The position numbers and the translations under genes are program-made. The notes under the pieces were generated by a model. It was not told where the DNA came from. It made no database searches and was given only the letters and a program-made list of their open reading frames with translations. From Bugula neritina (Eukaryota > Animalia > Bryozoa), in assembly GCA_964035545.1 (NCBI GenBank), contig OZ037768.1, positions 20,877,700 to 20,941,699 on the forward strand: a DNA stretch of 64,000 nt, written 5' to 3'. This document shows, in pieces, positions 51,201 to 64,000 of this stretch (the first letter of the stretch is position 1; each line of letters begins with the position of its first letter).

Positions 51201-54200
51201 GCCACTCCGGGAGGTCAATTAATGCAAGTGTAAAAATATACAGTCTTATTGGAACAGCTGGTCACGTTGTTTTACTATGAAGTAATAATAATAGCACTAT
51301 ACTATGAAGTAATGTTAATAGTACTATACCTACTGTATATATACAGCACTGAGGTTGCTGCTGTAAAAGCTGTAGAATTGAAAGTGTCATTACATGAGCT
51401 GCATACTTAATATTTATAATACCACACAAACTGCAAGCAATAAATATAATGTAGATATTAGCAGTTAGAAACTATTATTTAAAATTCATACAATTTATTA
51501 GCCAGTTTGTTAAGCCACAGTGTCATAAATTCTTCTTAGCGAAGAGCTAATGCTATCAGATTGCGACATGGGACTGGGTGCTGTAGAACCCTTAATAATA
51601 CAATATTGTATTAAAGATCTCATGCTTAGATAATACACCCATAGCATAGCCATAGTTCATACATAGCAAGTGAATAGTAGACTGTGAGATGGTCAGCTGG
51701 GTTGGGACGTAGGAGTGGAGCCATCGGTGATTGAGTTAGCCTCAATAAATCTCTGGCAGCGGTTAAAGACATGCCAATTATCCATCTCCAATAACTTTCT
51801 TGCACGTTACATCAAGGTTACAATCTCACACAGGAAATACCTATCTATTAGAATTATTCCAGTGGATGCTAATTGTCAAAACCAATCATCTTCAATGGTT
51901 TAGAAACAAAAGCTATTGGGCCAGTGACATTGATTTAATCATATCTGAACTTAATATTGAGGAAGTAAATCCCCCAATTGCTCTGATTACTTCCTTTCAA
52001 AAATGAGTTAAATTGATTCGCATCCTGTTAAGCTTTTCTGTTTCTGTGAAGAGCTCAAAGACCACTTTCCAGGCATAGCCGGGTGTTTGTTTCCTCTGCT
52101 GTACTGGAAGTATGGTTTGATTTTACAGAATTTTTAGTGAGAAGATGTCTGGGGCCGTGAAAACATGGTTATAAAACCCCTAACATGTGTCAAAATATAG
52201 CAGCATCTCTCAAACTTTTGCTGACCTCAAGTGAACTTTCAAGTCCAAACAGCTTGTAGATTAATTATACCAGAAATATACAATGCAGCTTGTACTTTAT
52301 AATTGTTACACCTGTTCTTATTGTTCATTTAATCATCTACCTAATTATTTTCACTTGTAACTTGAAGAAAACTTGCAAATACTTTTTTTCAAAGTAGTAT
52401 CATGTTAGGTGTCTGTTGTCAGTATGCTTGTAATTAGATTGGATTTAATTAGGCATCGTCACTGGCCATTGTTACCTTGACATCACTATATCTTACCTGC
52501 TCGGTCTCAAAATAGCCAGAGCTCTTTGATTCTCTAATTACCTGACCTTAAATGAACTACATTCAGCAAGAATTGTGTCTACACCTGACAGGTATTGTGG
52601 TATGATGTATTGTTCGCAAACCTCAAGGCTGAAAAATGCAGACACTCCAAGTGTTGAATACAAACAGGCCTCGCCTTTGGAGAGGTAGAAAAGACGGGCT
52701 CTTCTTTACATACTTTGCATTTCATTTCCCCTTCTACTGTAATTATCACCCCCTGCAATGATTAGAGTATTATTTTTTCTGCATTACTCTGTAGTAAAGT
52801 GCTAATCATAATTTCCCACCTTGTGTTGAGCGAGAATAATAGAGTGCTATTTACTAATTCCCATTGGCTGTCAACTCTTTTCAAAGGCTCTTAGAATTTG
52901 TTAAGATGTTGAAGTTGAGTTGATTGAAGAGTTTCCAGTCCCTTCAGTCAATTGATTTCCGATAAACTTACCCTAAATTTTGTGAATACTTTTGCTTCAT
53001 CCAACATATTAATTAAAACAAAACTTGTTCAGCTAACAATGTTCATGTAACCACATACGCTTTGACAGACTTTATTAATGAAGTTTCTAACAGTTCAAAA
53101 GCAACCTGAAATATTCACAATGTGTTTTTGCCTAAAACTATTTTACAATTTTTTGTTTTAAATTCCAAAGTGTATTTTTAATGCAAAAGAAATGCTTATA
53201 TCCTTTGCTTTAAGGACACCATTTTAAATTTTATTTCTTTACGCATCATCCCTGGTGCTCTTATGTAAAGTGACATCTACACTTTCCCTCTTGACCAAAT
53301 TAGCACCCTGCTAGTTGTTATAGAATTAAAACACTACTTGTGTATTATAAATTTATAAAATACAAACAAATTTATTTTGCCAGAGTATGAAATCTACGTG
53401 ATTACTATTCTAGTGAATTAAATGAATTACGAAAGGCTATGCAATGTTGATTGACACAAAAGTGACATTAATTTAAGTGACGTAATGCAGCCTAATTATA
53501 TTTCTGCGGACCTATTAGCAACTTCAACAAATTCATTTGGCCTGATTAAATTTGCCTATTAACAATGAGTGGTATGTGCCTAGTTAAGCTGCCAATCTAC
53601 AGCAAATATTTCTCTCACGTAAATACTATGTAAAAATCTTGCATCTTCATAAAAAAATTTAACTAAGGCTTTTTTTCAACAGAATATCATAAAATTTCCT
53701 AATAAGTGAATTGACCACTTATTGAATGCACTTGAATTGCAAGATGAGAGAAATGTAGTGTATAGTGAAAGACTTGGCTATAAGGCATTCCTTGATAACT
53801 TCAGTTTCTACAGTAGTAATCATACTATTAAAACTTGTAAACTGTACGCTATGGTACACAAGCTATAAAACGGGTGATCTTTGAATACATAGAATAGCAG
53901 CTATAATACATTTTATGTATTGCATTGAAAAAAAGTTATGTGGCTATCTACGATGGGATGACATAAAATTTTCGTATTTCCCCAGAGAATATAATACGTA
54001 TTTGAGAGTTAAAACTTGTTAAAGCAGGTTTTAGTTGCTGTATAGCAGGTAGCCGTGTTCTAAATTCTCATTTCTAAAATGATGTCTGTGCGAATTCTTC
54101 GATAATTGATCCAATTTCTAATTGCGCTAATTTAGACTATTAGAGTATCACAGTCAGAATGTCAGCTGATTATTAGACTGCATGACATTCAATAATCTGG

Positions 54201-55802
54201 AGGTAAGAATGTATCAGCACATTTTTTTGCATTTGCTTAAATTAACCAGAGAGTAGTAAATTTCCAGCACATCCGATTTTGTAACTGGGGCTCAATTTAT
54301 ATAAAAGGTGAAAAATAAAATTAATAAATATGCATAAATATTGAAGAAATTATTGATTTTTAATGATTAAATATGGCAGAATTGCCGAGGCACATAAAAG
54401 CTAATTACGAGTGACTGATTTTATTATGATGTAATTGAAAAGTAGGAGCACTAGTTACACATGTACTAATACTACACACATGGTTCTTGCACTGTAGAAT
54501 TGAATGTCATGTTTTTAAACTCCCAACAACTTATTTTTAGAATTCGAAGTATATAGAAATATTTAAATATTTTAGAGTAGGTACATATTATTTGGAAGCT
54601 TTTCTTTTAAAACTGTAATTTCTGAACACAAACATAATAGTTATTGTTTTGGTATACATCCTAAACTCTTACGCAAATGTTCATGCTATATTTTTCAATA
54701 AGTTTAGGTGGATAAATAGTTCAGTTTTTGTTGGAAAGTTTTAAAGAAATCTACGTAAAAAATTTAAAAGTATTTGCTACCTTAAATATGTATACTTTTA
54801 CTAAGTATAGTGTTTTATAGGCTATACAGAAAGCAAAGAAAAGGCTACGGTCTATGGTCACAAGTGCACCTAAACAGCTGGAAACACGCTCAGTGCAGTG
54901 TAGCAACTGATACTCAATTTCACATGTAGATACAAAATTTGTAATAAATGGCAGCAGTAGATTTGGTGCCTTATAGTTATTGTTGAATTTCTTTTTATTT
55001 TGATAACTCCATCTTTTTTATAAGTTTTGTTATTGTAGTCTGCTTGCACTGGCGCTAGAGGACAACTCCTACATCATTGAGTTTCTCAGCAAGATATAAA
55101 TTGCTAAAATAAAAAACAAGTCTGAAATATTGTCGAATTGAGCCATCATATATTTGGTTTATGCTTTACTTCAGCTGACTTTTTATTTAGTTTTAACAGT
55201 CAAGGTAAAAGGTTGATGCTAATAAAGTGATTTTGAAAAAAAACCATGAAAGATGAGTGTCAGAACAATATTGGCTACTGCTGGAGCTAGCTGCACTCTA
55301 CTAAATAGCAGAAATAATCTCTATTTTCTACAGACAGCATCTGATATACTTAAACATTGAGCAACATCCTCTCTGTATTAACAACCTTGCACAAGCTGAT
55401 TCAATTACTGCTTAATTAGCAAATCGCTTCTGCATGACTGCAAAACCGTGAAATTAAAACTTTATTTGCCATTAATTTTTATTTAAATTGTTAAATTAAA
55501 TGAATGTGTTTAAGAAATTTATTATTAGAATGTAATAACATTGATATCCATTTAATCAAAGGACATCTCTTTCATTATCTCCCTTGGGAGAAGAGTACAA
55601 GCCTCGGTTTGTCTCTAATAGAAAGTCATGGCTGTGTCTTCATTAGCTTCAACTTTCAGCATTCAAGCTAAAATGTAAAATTTGCAACTTGAAATTGCTC
55701 ACAGCTAACAGAAGGTATAGTATAATGTGTACAACCTTTAGAGTGTCTGACAATATTTTAGAGAAAATAACTCTTAATAGATGTTTAAACTATGTCGGTA
55801 AG

Positions 55803-55942
55803 TGTGTGTGTGTTGTGTGTGTGTTGTGTGTGTGTTGTGTGTGTGTGTGTGTGTTGTGTGTGTTGTGTGTGTGTTGTGTGTGTTGTGTGTGTTGTGTGTG
55901 TTGTGTGTTGTGTGTGTGTTGTGTGTGTGTTGTGTGTGTGTG
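55803..55942. repeat. Compound (TG)n/(TTGTG)n microsatellite
   Basis: Directly visible; explains the Cys/Val and His/Thr ORFs. Confidence 0.97.
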
Positions 55943-58820
55943 TCGCAAGAGTATAATTTTATTGCGTCATCAGAGAGGAATGTTACGCTTCGTATTTCCA
56001 TAAAACCCGGATGTTTTTCCTCCTGTATGTTTTGAAAAAATTGTTGGTTGGCAAAAGTTAATCAAATTAAACAGGCGTAAAATGAAATATTACATCCTGT
56101 TGAGGGACACGCAGTTTTACCTGCCAGCGGTTGTATATGATATAGTATACTATAGATAGTTTCAGTATTAAAATGACAGCAAATATGATTGCCCACATCA
56201 TAGGTTGTACCATTTGTATCAGATATTTTGACTAGTTAATTATATCTAAAACAAAATGTATGTAGCATCTTTGATTTTGCACCAGTAGCGCTTTGTAACA
56301 TGCTACATGGAAATTTAATACTATGTGTATAATTTATATATGCCATGTTTACTGGATATATATACACATACAACCATATTTCAACTTTAAGAATAGTCTA
56401 TTACTTTATTCAAAGTTTTTGAATATTTTGTATAATTAATATTTTATTTTATTGTTTTCTTTTAAGTTTATGCACTAAGGCATATGTTATATAGTGGCAA
56501 TTACTAGTTAGAGCACCGTACACACTCCTTCCTCATGAAAAATTTTTGTTTCTATATAGCTATAAACTGATTATATATACAGCTGTTTGGAATATTTAAA
56601 ATATTTTGAATAGATTAATTTAAATAGGGCCAACATACAGATTTATCTTGTTTTTCATGTTAGGCGTACATTTGGCTACTGATGTCTACAGGTTTCAAGT
56701 AGCTCAGTAAATAACATAACAGATTTTACAGACGTGAATCATTCTGATTTTGCCAAAAGTGTCTTTGTATTAAACAAAAAATGTAATTTGAAAATGCCGA
56801 TTTTTTGGCAAAGGCATTGAGTTGAAAAGAATTAAGCTGGTTTAAATAAAAATACAATAATAACACTCAATAAATCATAGAAGACCCGAATGATTTATCT
56901 TCTCTTGGTATGTGTGGGTGCCCTTGAATTGTTGGCGCTGAGCCAAGCTCTATAGTGTAAAAGTGAGATTTCAATTACGTCATTGCTTTTGTTTGTAAAA
57001 TAAAAATAAAGCATAAAGAAATTTTCAAACGATTAAATCTGTACAAAACTTTAAATTTCGGTGTTCCTATTGAAACTATATATATCTACTTTTAAAATAC
57101 ACTATCAGTTACATTCTTTTTCTATTTTAATTTACAGGCAGATTTATCACAGCCCTAAACAATTTATCTATCCACAGTGACATTCATTGTTTTACTATTA
57201 AAGAGAATATCATGAGGCAGCTTGGAATTTTTGTGATGCGTGATTTATTACAACTAAATATGCATTTCAATTTCAGTAATTTCTATATAAATTCAATTAA
57301 AGACAGCCAACACCCTTTCAAGTTTATATTTACAGCTCAGCTAAGTTAAAGTACTTTATTTGTTTATATATTTATAATTCTTTACATTTTACATTTACAT
57401 ATTGCATAAACAATACTTGTACTTTTAAAGAGACTGTCTTATGTTCAACATTATTAGCTATATAATGAAAATGACTGTAAAAGCTGTTCTAGAAATAACT
57501 TTATGAAGGCTCAAGCACTTGGTAAAAGTACAAGTACTGCCCATGTTTTGTTTTGCTTTGTTTGCAAGCATGTCTTTTGTTTGCTTGAAAAAAGATGACA
57601 CCAAGTTGACAGTCAATACTGTTGGTTGACAGGAGATTGCAGGTTCTTGTGGCATGTCCTTATATGGTATGCCCTGAACTCTAGTTAATAGCTGTTGAGA
57701 TGAGGAACTTAGACACAATGCCGCACTCAACACTTCAATTTGACATGACTTAAACAAAAAGCTATATTTTTGCCAATTTTTATTTCGTTGTTGTAAGAAT
57801 ATTAAAACATGGTAATAATTGTTGTGAAATTAACTTTAATAAACTTGATATCTGTTATGAATCACATTCAACATGAAGACAGAATTTTGATTGGATAGAT
57901 TACTCACAAAAATTCAAGCTGCATGTGTTGTATTACTCACATGTTACATGATTGAAGTTGCGCATAAGGTTTTGCTAGGATCTAAAAGATTTTATGGTTG
58001 CCCCTTCACTTTTTATGTTTTTAATGCCAGTTGTGCATTTGTAATTTATCACCAATTACTACCTACACACAAAACAACAATGTTGCGTTCACATAACGAC
58101 ATTCTACAAAACACTTTCAAATGTCAAAGGGGGTTATAATTATAACTATATTCAAGCTATTTTTCTACCATTAGCTTTATATAAGTAAATAGTCATTAAC
58201 TACAGTAAGCTTCACTGTTTTCCTCAGATCTAGAAAGAGTCTTTAAGAAGCCACATACGTTATTTTGCTTCAAAAACAATATTTTGATTAAAGAAAGTGT
58301 TTTACAGAGCATAGCCACAGAAGATAAAAATATTTTGTGTAAATTATTATTATTATATTTGTGGTATAGTCATGGCTAGTCATGTTAGGAAAGGCAAACT
58401 AAACGTTGATGTTTATGCAGCTACTATAATCACAGTTAAAGAATCATCAGGGTTGTTGGCAAAGCCACTTGGCAGTGAACTCACTAGAAACGTATTTACA
58501 TGTACAACCATATGTATGGGCACTGAGTGAGCAGGCTAGGTTTGAGCTTTCACAAATGCCACGTGATTCATTTGTTTAGTTTTGATTCTTCAATTTCATA
58601 TTTAGTAATAAATTACCAGATTTTCCATATTTAAATCAGAGAATCACTGTAATAGTTTAGCTTCAGTTTTAACTAATCAATGTGATACACATTATTCAAG
58701 TTATACATTCACATCTTCTGAAAGCTCATAGCTGCAATATGCAATAAATTCAATTATAATTTTAATCTCAGATGTGAAGAACACAGTTGATGCAGAATAA
58801 ATGCTGCAATTGGCACATTG

Positions 58821-58862
<42 letters not shown>
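58821..58862. repeat. (TGC)14 microsatellite
   Basis: Directly visible; explains the poly-Cys ORF. Confidence 0.95.
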
Positions 58863-59364
58863 AAGTGGAGCTGCTTACTTCAGATAATGAAATTGCTGTC
58901 AATAGCTGGTTTCACACCATCAAGTAGGTGTGCAGGTTGTCAAGTGGGAGTGGGACTGCAATGGTTGCTGTCACAAAACTACTTGATTACGTTACTCGGC
59001 ACCCACGCGGACGTAGGCCAATATACATGTACGTGTAAGTAGCTACACTTACAGTAGTTAGAGTTGAAAACCTAGCAACTGCCTCCACGCCACAGCTAAT
59101 TACATGGTTATCACCTGTGAGCACTTTAATATTGAGCCCTTGGGTGCAATACTCACGCTGCCTTGTCGTCAGCGCTGTCATACTTCACAACTACTAGCAT
59201 GAGATTCTAACTTGGCCTCAGTGCATTATTCCAGTCTATCAACAATTGCAATAAAATGTTAAGATATGATTTAAGATAATGGCAAACAATTGCAATAAGA
59301 AATAATGCATACCAAGAAATTGATAATAGCTTTACTTACTTTTATATATTATATTCTACATGTT

Positions 59365-59715
59365 AGATGCTATATGCTACATATACCCTTTGATATATGC
59401 TTATATATATGCTGTATGCTACATGCTATATGCTATATGTTACATACTATATGCTATATGCTATATACTATATGTTATATACTACATGCTACATACTATA
59501 TACTATATGCTATATACTATATGCTACATGCTATATACTACATACTATATACTATATGCTATATGCTACATGCTACATACTATATACTATATGCTACATA
59601 CTATATGCTATATGCTACATACTATATGCTATATGCTATATACTATATGCTATATGCTACATGTTACATCCTATATACTATATGCTAGATGCTATATGCT
59701 ATGTGATACATGCTG
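59365..59715. repeat. 7-bp tandem repeat (TATATGC/TATATAC/TACATGC)
   Basis: Directly visible; open in all three forward frames. Confidence 0.97.
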
Positions 59716-61039
59716 TATAAAATCATTCAAAAATATGTTTTTATATGGGGCTTCTATAATGACGCAATTTAGACAGTTATTTTAATAACATCTCATTCTT
59801 TAAATGTATGCTGCGATATGGATATAGAAAGACTTGAGTTCCATTTTTTCAAACTATGACTTTAAGAAACATTCTGGCCTATTAGTTTAGCTAGAAGTGC
59901 AAAAGTGTTGCAATTATTTTATAAGAATGAAATCACCTTCAATTTGAGCAACAATAGTGAGATATAAACTCATGGGTTAGTGCTTGTATAGAGTTTGTAC
60001 TTTTTCATTGCAAGCTGGTAGCAAAAGAGCATAACTCCATAATATCAGTTTTATTTTTTGGTGCTATGGCACTAGTTATCATTTTTGAAACTCTGACAGT
60101 AATTGAAAGTTTATAATTCTCATGAAAAAGTCGATTGTTTTGTTTACACTGTAAAATTGGACCAAACATTAATTGCAATGGTGTCAAAATTTTGTAACAG
60201 TCAAGATGGTTGATGTTGTTTATTGCTGGTTTTTCATTAACAAATGGTCATATAGCACAGCCAAACTCAACTATATAATGTAATATGAAGAATATATTAT
60301 TTAGTATATAACATTTAATATTTATACAACAAATGAATATTTAATATTTAATATAATAGTATATAATATAAATTACATAATATAATATACGTAACATACA
60401 CCAGTAAGTTTAGTGTTGGGTTAAGAATGATTGAGTTTATATAAAATAGCAATCCAACTCCTTCTGACTAGAGGTTCTGCTGTGACACACAGGCAAGGAA
60501 AGTTATGCAAATCTTGCAGACTGGGATAAAGGGGATGATAACTCTTAAAAATGTTGCATATTTTTGCCCAATGAACTCAATAATTATTAACTGGAATGGG
60601 TACGATTGTACTTTGTAATGTAACCTCGTTGCCGATTGGCTTTGTGAGCCCGAGCATGCTCTTTTTCTAGCGGGAGAAAATAGAGCCGGTCGTCCATCAT
60701 TTCGATTGAGTGAATCTCACTTTTAAACTTTGTTTTTTGTCCTGCTTTATATCTGAAGCGACTATATTTTTATTTAATTGTGTTTTCTATCACCTCTACT
60801 TCGTTAAACATGTCGAATTCTCCGTATCCTAAGCAAACTAAGGGTCAAAGAAGCAAGACCACTGAGTCTCAGTGTTATGCATACAATTGCCGCAACTACC
60901 AGTACAGCAGTTACATGGAGACAAAAAAAATCTCTTTTCACAAGTAACTAGTAAGTATATGGCTTTAGTTACAACAATCAGTGAAAGTAATACATGAACT
61001 AGCGTAACAGTAGGCTTAATAGTTGTGGTAGCGGTGCTG

Positions 61040-61629
61040 CTGCCTACTAGTAGTACTAGTACTAGTAGTACTCTACTACTAGTACTACTACTGTCTACTA
61101 CTACTAGTAGTAGTAGTAGTAATACTAATACTAATAGCTAAGCCTAAGGCTAATGGCTAATGTTATACTTACAGTATCAGTATGATAGTACTACTACTAC
61201 TACTACTAGCCTACTACTACTACTAGCCTACTGCTACTACTAGTACTAGCCTACTGCTACTACTACTACTAGCCTACTGCTACTACTAGCCTACTGCGAG
61301 GTAGGTGCAGTAATGGAGAAATTGAGAAAAGCCAGTGTTCTAGATTAAAATTGTAGCAAAAGAAGTTATGTTCTCACGAGAATTTTAACCCGCGCCTCAA
61401 ACCAAAATGTAATGGAATAATTAAAGAACTTGGGCTATCTCAATTTCTCCACTACTGCTCCTAAATGTACTACTACTACTAGCCTACTGCTACTACCACT
61501 ACTAGCCTACTGCTACTACTACTACTAGCCTACTGCTACTACCACTACTAGCCTACTGCTACTACTACTACTACTACTACTAGCCTACTGCTACTACTAC
61601 TACTACTACTACTACTAGCCTACTGCTAC

Positions 61630-61661
<32 letters not shown>

Positions 61662-61805
61662 GCCTACTGCTACTACCACTACTAGCCTACTACTACTACT
61701 ACTACTACTACTACTAGCCTACTGCTACTACTACTACTAGCCTACTACTACTACTAGCCTACTGCTACTACTACTACTAGCCTACTGCTACTACTACTAG
61801 TAGTA
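61040..61805. repeat. (TAC)n / TAGCCTACTGC compound satellite interrupted by a MITE
   Basis: Directly visible. Confidence 0.95.
61298..61463. mobile_element. ~165-bp MITE with ~30-bp TIRs nested in the satellite
   Basis: TAGGTGCAGTAATGGAGAAATTGAGA versus reverse complement of the right end TAGGAGCAGTAGTGGAGAAATTGAGA; second partial copy at 34868-34958. Confidence 0.8.
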
Positions 61806-64000
61806 GAGCGCTACTTTGGCAATGCAGTTATAATTGAGTGTTGAACTAATATCTTTATTGTGTCATCTACTCAGGTGTCTCTTGCTACCCAGTTGCTGTC
61901 AGCTTCAGTGGCTGACTCACTAGATACGCTGAAACAGTTGGGACTCTCTAAATTCCAGCAGTGTGATGCTACCATCAACTTCATTAGGGTTTGTTACAGC
62001 TTTTGGTTTTATTTCTTTAAAATACTGTAACTGCAATCGTCCCATGTTCTGCTGATATTACTTTTTCTGTAGCGAGTTGATCGGTTGTTTGACATCCTGA
62101 ATAGTCGATCAGCAATAGCTAAAGGCTACAAGCAGCCTTTACATCTAAATGGTATCAGTGTCATCACTCCTTTTCTGAAAGATACACGGCAATATTTGCT
62201 AGGCCTAAAGAATAATGAAAAGATACCTCTGTACAAGACCAAAAGGTAAATTTCCTATTACCATAGAAAGTGTTACTTGCTTATATTTCAGATCTAATAT
62301 GTGCCTGTCCCTATTTGTGTTATTTGCAGACATGTTTGTATTACTGGACTTGTATGTGCCATTGACACAGTGTTTGGGTTGGTGGAGAAACTGTTGGTGC
62401 TCGACTATCTGCTAATGTATAAATTTTCGCAAGACCATTTAGAGCTGTGGTATGCTATAGCTCTAAACAGCTATGCATGAAGCCCAGTCTGCATCCACTT
62501 ATGTTAACATGTTCATTTGTTCTCTTACTCTCTTATCTCTTTCCTTCAGGTGTTCGGTTTTTCACTTTGCTTTGATAGGGGCAACTAAGATGGTCGGTTG
62601 GACCAACTGTGTTGAAAAGTGAATATTTTTGCATGAGCTTAGCGGTTAAAATGCATGCAATATGAAGTATATTTTATTAACTTTTGAATACCAAGAGACA
62701 AAGATAATGAATTTTCAAAAATTTCCAAAACTGTGGTGTCAAAGCAATTGTGCATTTTTTAATTAAATGACTTTTTTGGCTTAATTGCATGCAAGGTTTT
62801 GCTTGTGTTCTAAAAAACATCATTTTTTCTGGGTAAACATAATCCAATCATTAATTGTGAACAGGCAATTGATGTCCAAGCATTTTTTTAATATCTGTTC
62901 TAGGTGGATGGAATAATAACGCATCTGTAACTGGCTTTCAGTCTATCTTTAGAAAATTGGTGACCCGATGTGGTGTACATCCAGGCAACTCAGGAAATTC
63001 TAAGCCATTAGATAGCACAACTGCTATTCATGGAGACATCATTAGGCATCGAAAATCATCATTTCTCCCTTTTAAATTTACTCATTGAAGTATATTATGA
63101 CTTATTTCAGCACCACATTGCTAAACTAACAAATATTGCTATGCACAAACTAAATTTCAGGCAATGTAGCAACAAAAGTGTACTGTTTAGAGGCCAGTAA
63201 TAAGGATGTGGGTAATTAATCGTTTAGAAGTTATTACAACAGTATTTATATTATAACATTAGATGATAACAAATATTGTTATTGCAATATAATATTATTT
63301 TTTGTTTATTCTGTAATTCTATTTTAATCACTTATTGCTTTCAGATTAGCACTTGAAAACAGAATTTAAAACTTTGAAAGGTTTAAGGAAATCTGTTACT
63401 TGCCTGTGTTGTAAAGCTGTGTCTTACCACCGGTTTTTTTTATATTATTTATAAACTTTTATACTTGTTATCCTTACTGCCAGTGTTCATGTACTAAGGC
63501 TGAAATTTGCTTTGCTGTTGCTTTTCATTTAATTTTGACTAATGTGTTGATCTAATCAATAAATATGTAATGCATTTGTTAGGTTATTAAAGTTATTATC
63601 ATATATACTTGAGGTACATGCTTCATAAAATGATAATTAGTCATGAAATTACAAATACCAAAAGTAAAATAAACAAAATAATTGGTTCCTGCTTCACATT
63701 GCTGAATTTTCATTATTTTTTAGCGTTTACCTCAATTTATAAGCTCTAATAGCTTGCATTTATAATGGATTTTACTACTACTGCGTGCAAAACAAGTAGG
63801 CGTGGTTAAGTTTTCCATGTTAAGGCGGAGCTAAACTATTTGGCCACGCTAAAACGTCCTTGGCCTCTCCAGGTCTATTCCAGCTCAGTGCTCCAAACAT
63901 ACTTCCCTTCTTTCAGCCAAGACTGTATGACGCCAACGACGGCTGGAATTGAGTTCAAAGTTCAAGATGAGTTTTAAACATGAAATTTGTTTTACACAAA

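Larger units (their letters stand above)
60810..63088 (+). pseudogene. THAP9: Internally deleted, intron-containing THAP9/P-element transposase
   Basis: Exon 60810-60943 encodes the THAP start (CYAYNC..ISFHK). Exons 61875-61988 (VSLATQLLSASVADSL..FQQCDATINFIR), 62073-62245 (VDRLFDILNSR..KGYKQPL), 62330-62449 (YLLMYKFSQDHLEL) and 62904 onward (GGWNNN..FQSIFRKL..GN..PLD) match the P-transposase C-terminal half. The rest of THAP and the N-terminal RNase H half are absent, and the phase-2 donor meets a phase-0 acceptor. Confidence 0.85.

Noticed and set aside
55689-59785. Cys-rich, His/Thr-rich, poly-Cys and Tyr-rich ORFs
   Set aside because: All derive from (TG)n, (TGC)n or 7-bp repeats.
60590-63885. 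CTGGAAT/ATTCCAG as TIRs of the P-element relic
   Set aside because: Only a 7-bp match, without P-type termini or an 8-bp TSD.

Overview
AT-rich, intron-rich animal (invertebrate bilaterian) genomic DNA; the species cannot be identified from sequence alone. Hand-spliced models, with GT-AG boundaries and reading frame checked at every junction, give six genes on strictly alternating strands forming three head-to-head pairs: CDK20(-)/short RREB1-like C2H2 zinc finger(+), MED10(-)/casein kinase 1 gamma(+) and PCLAF(-)/MNT(+). These are followed by two tandem myostatin/GDF11-like TGF-beta genes, about 12 kb with no recognisable coding sequence, and an internally deleted, intron-containing THAP9/P-element transposase. 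Most notable observations: (1) four tandem arrays whose unit is a copy of a real exon-intron junction (CDK20 donor x5, CDK20 acceptor x~10, a weaker CDK20 donor x3, MNT acceptor x18); use of the copied MNT acceptors or CDK20 exon-4 donors would create a premature stop; (2) a 69-codon in-frame ORF after the CK1gamma TGA, suggesting readthrough or an alternative acceptor; (3) hexamer-periodic DNA in the promoter-proximal introns at each divergent promoter but not at the TATA-type TGF-beta genes; (4) myostatin paralogues whose prodomain exon is more conserved than their mature ligand.
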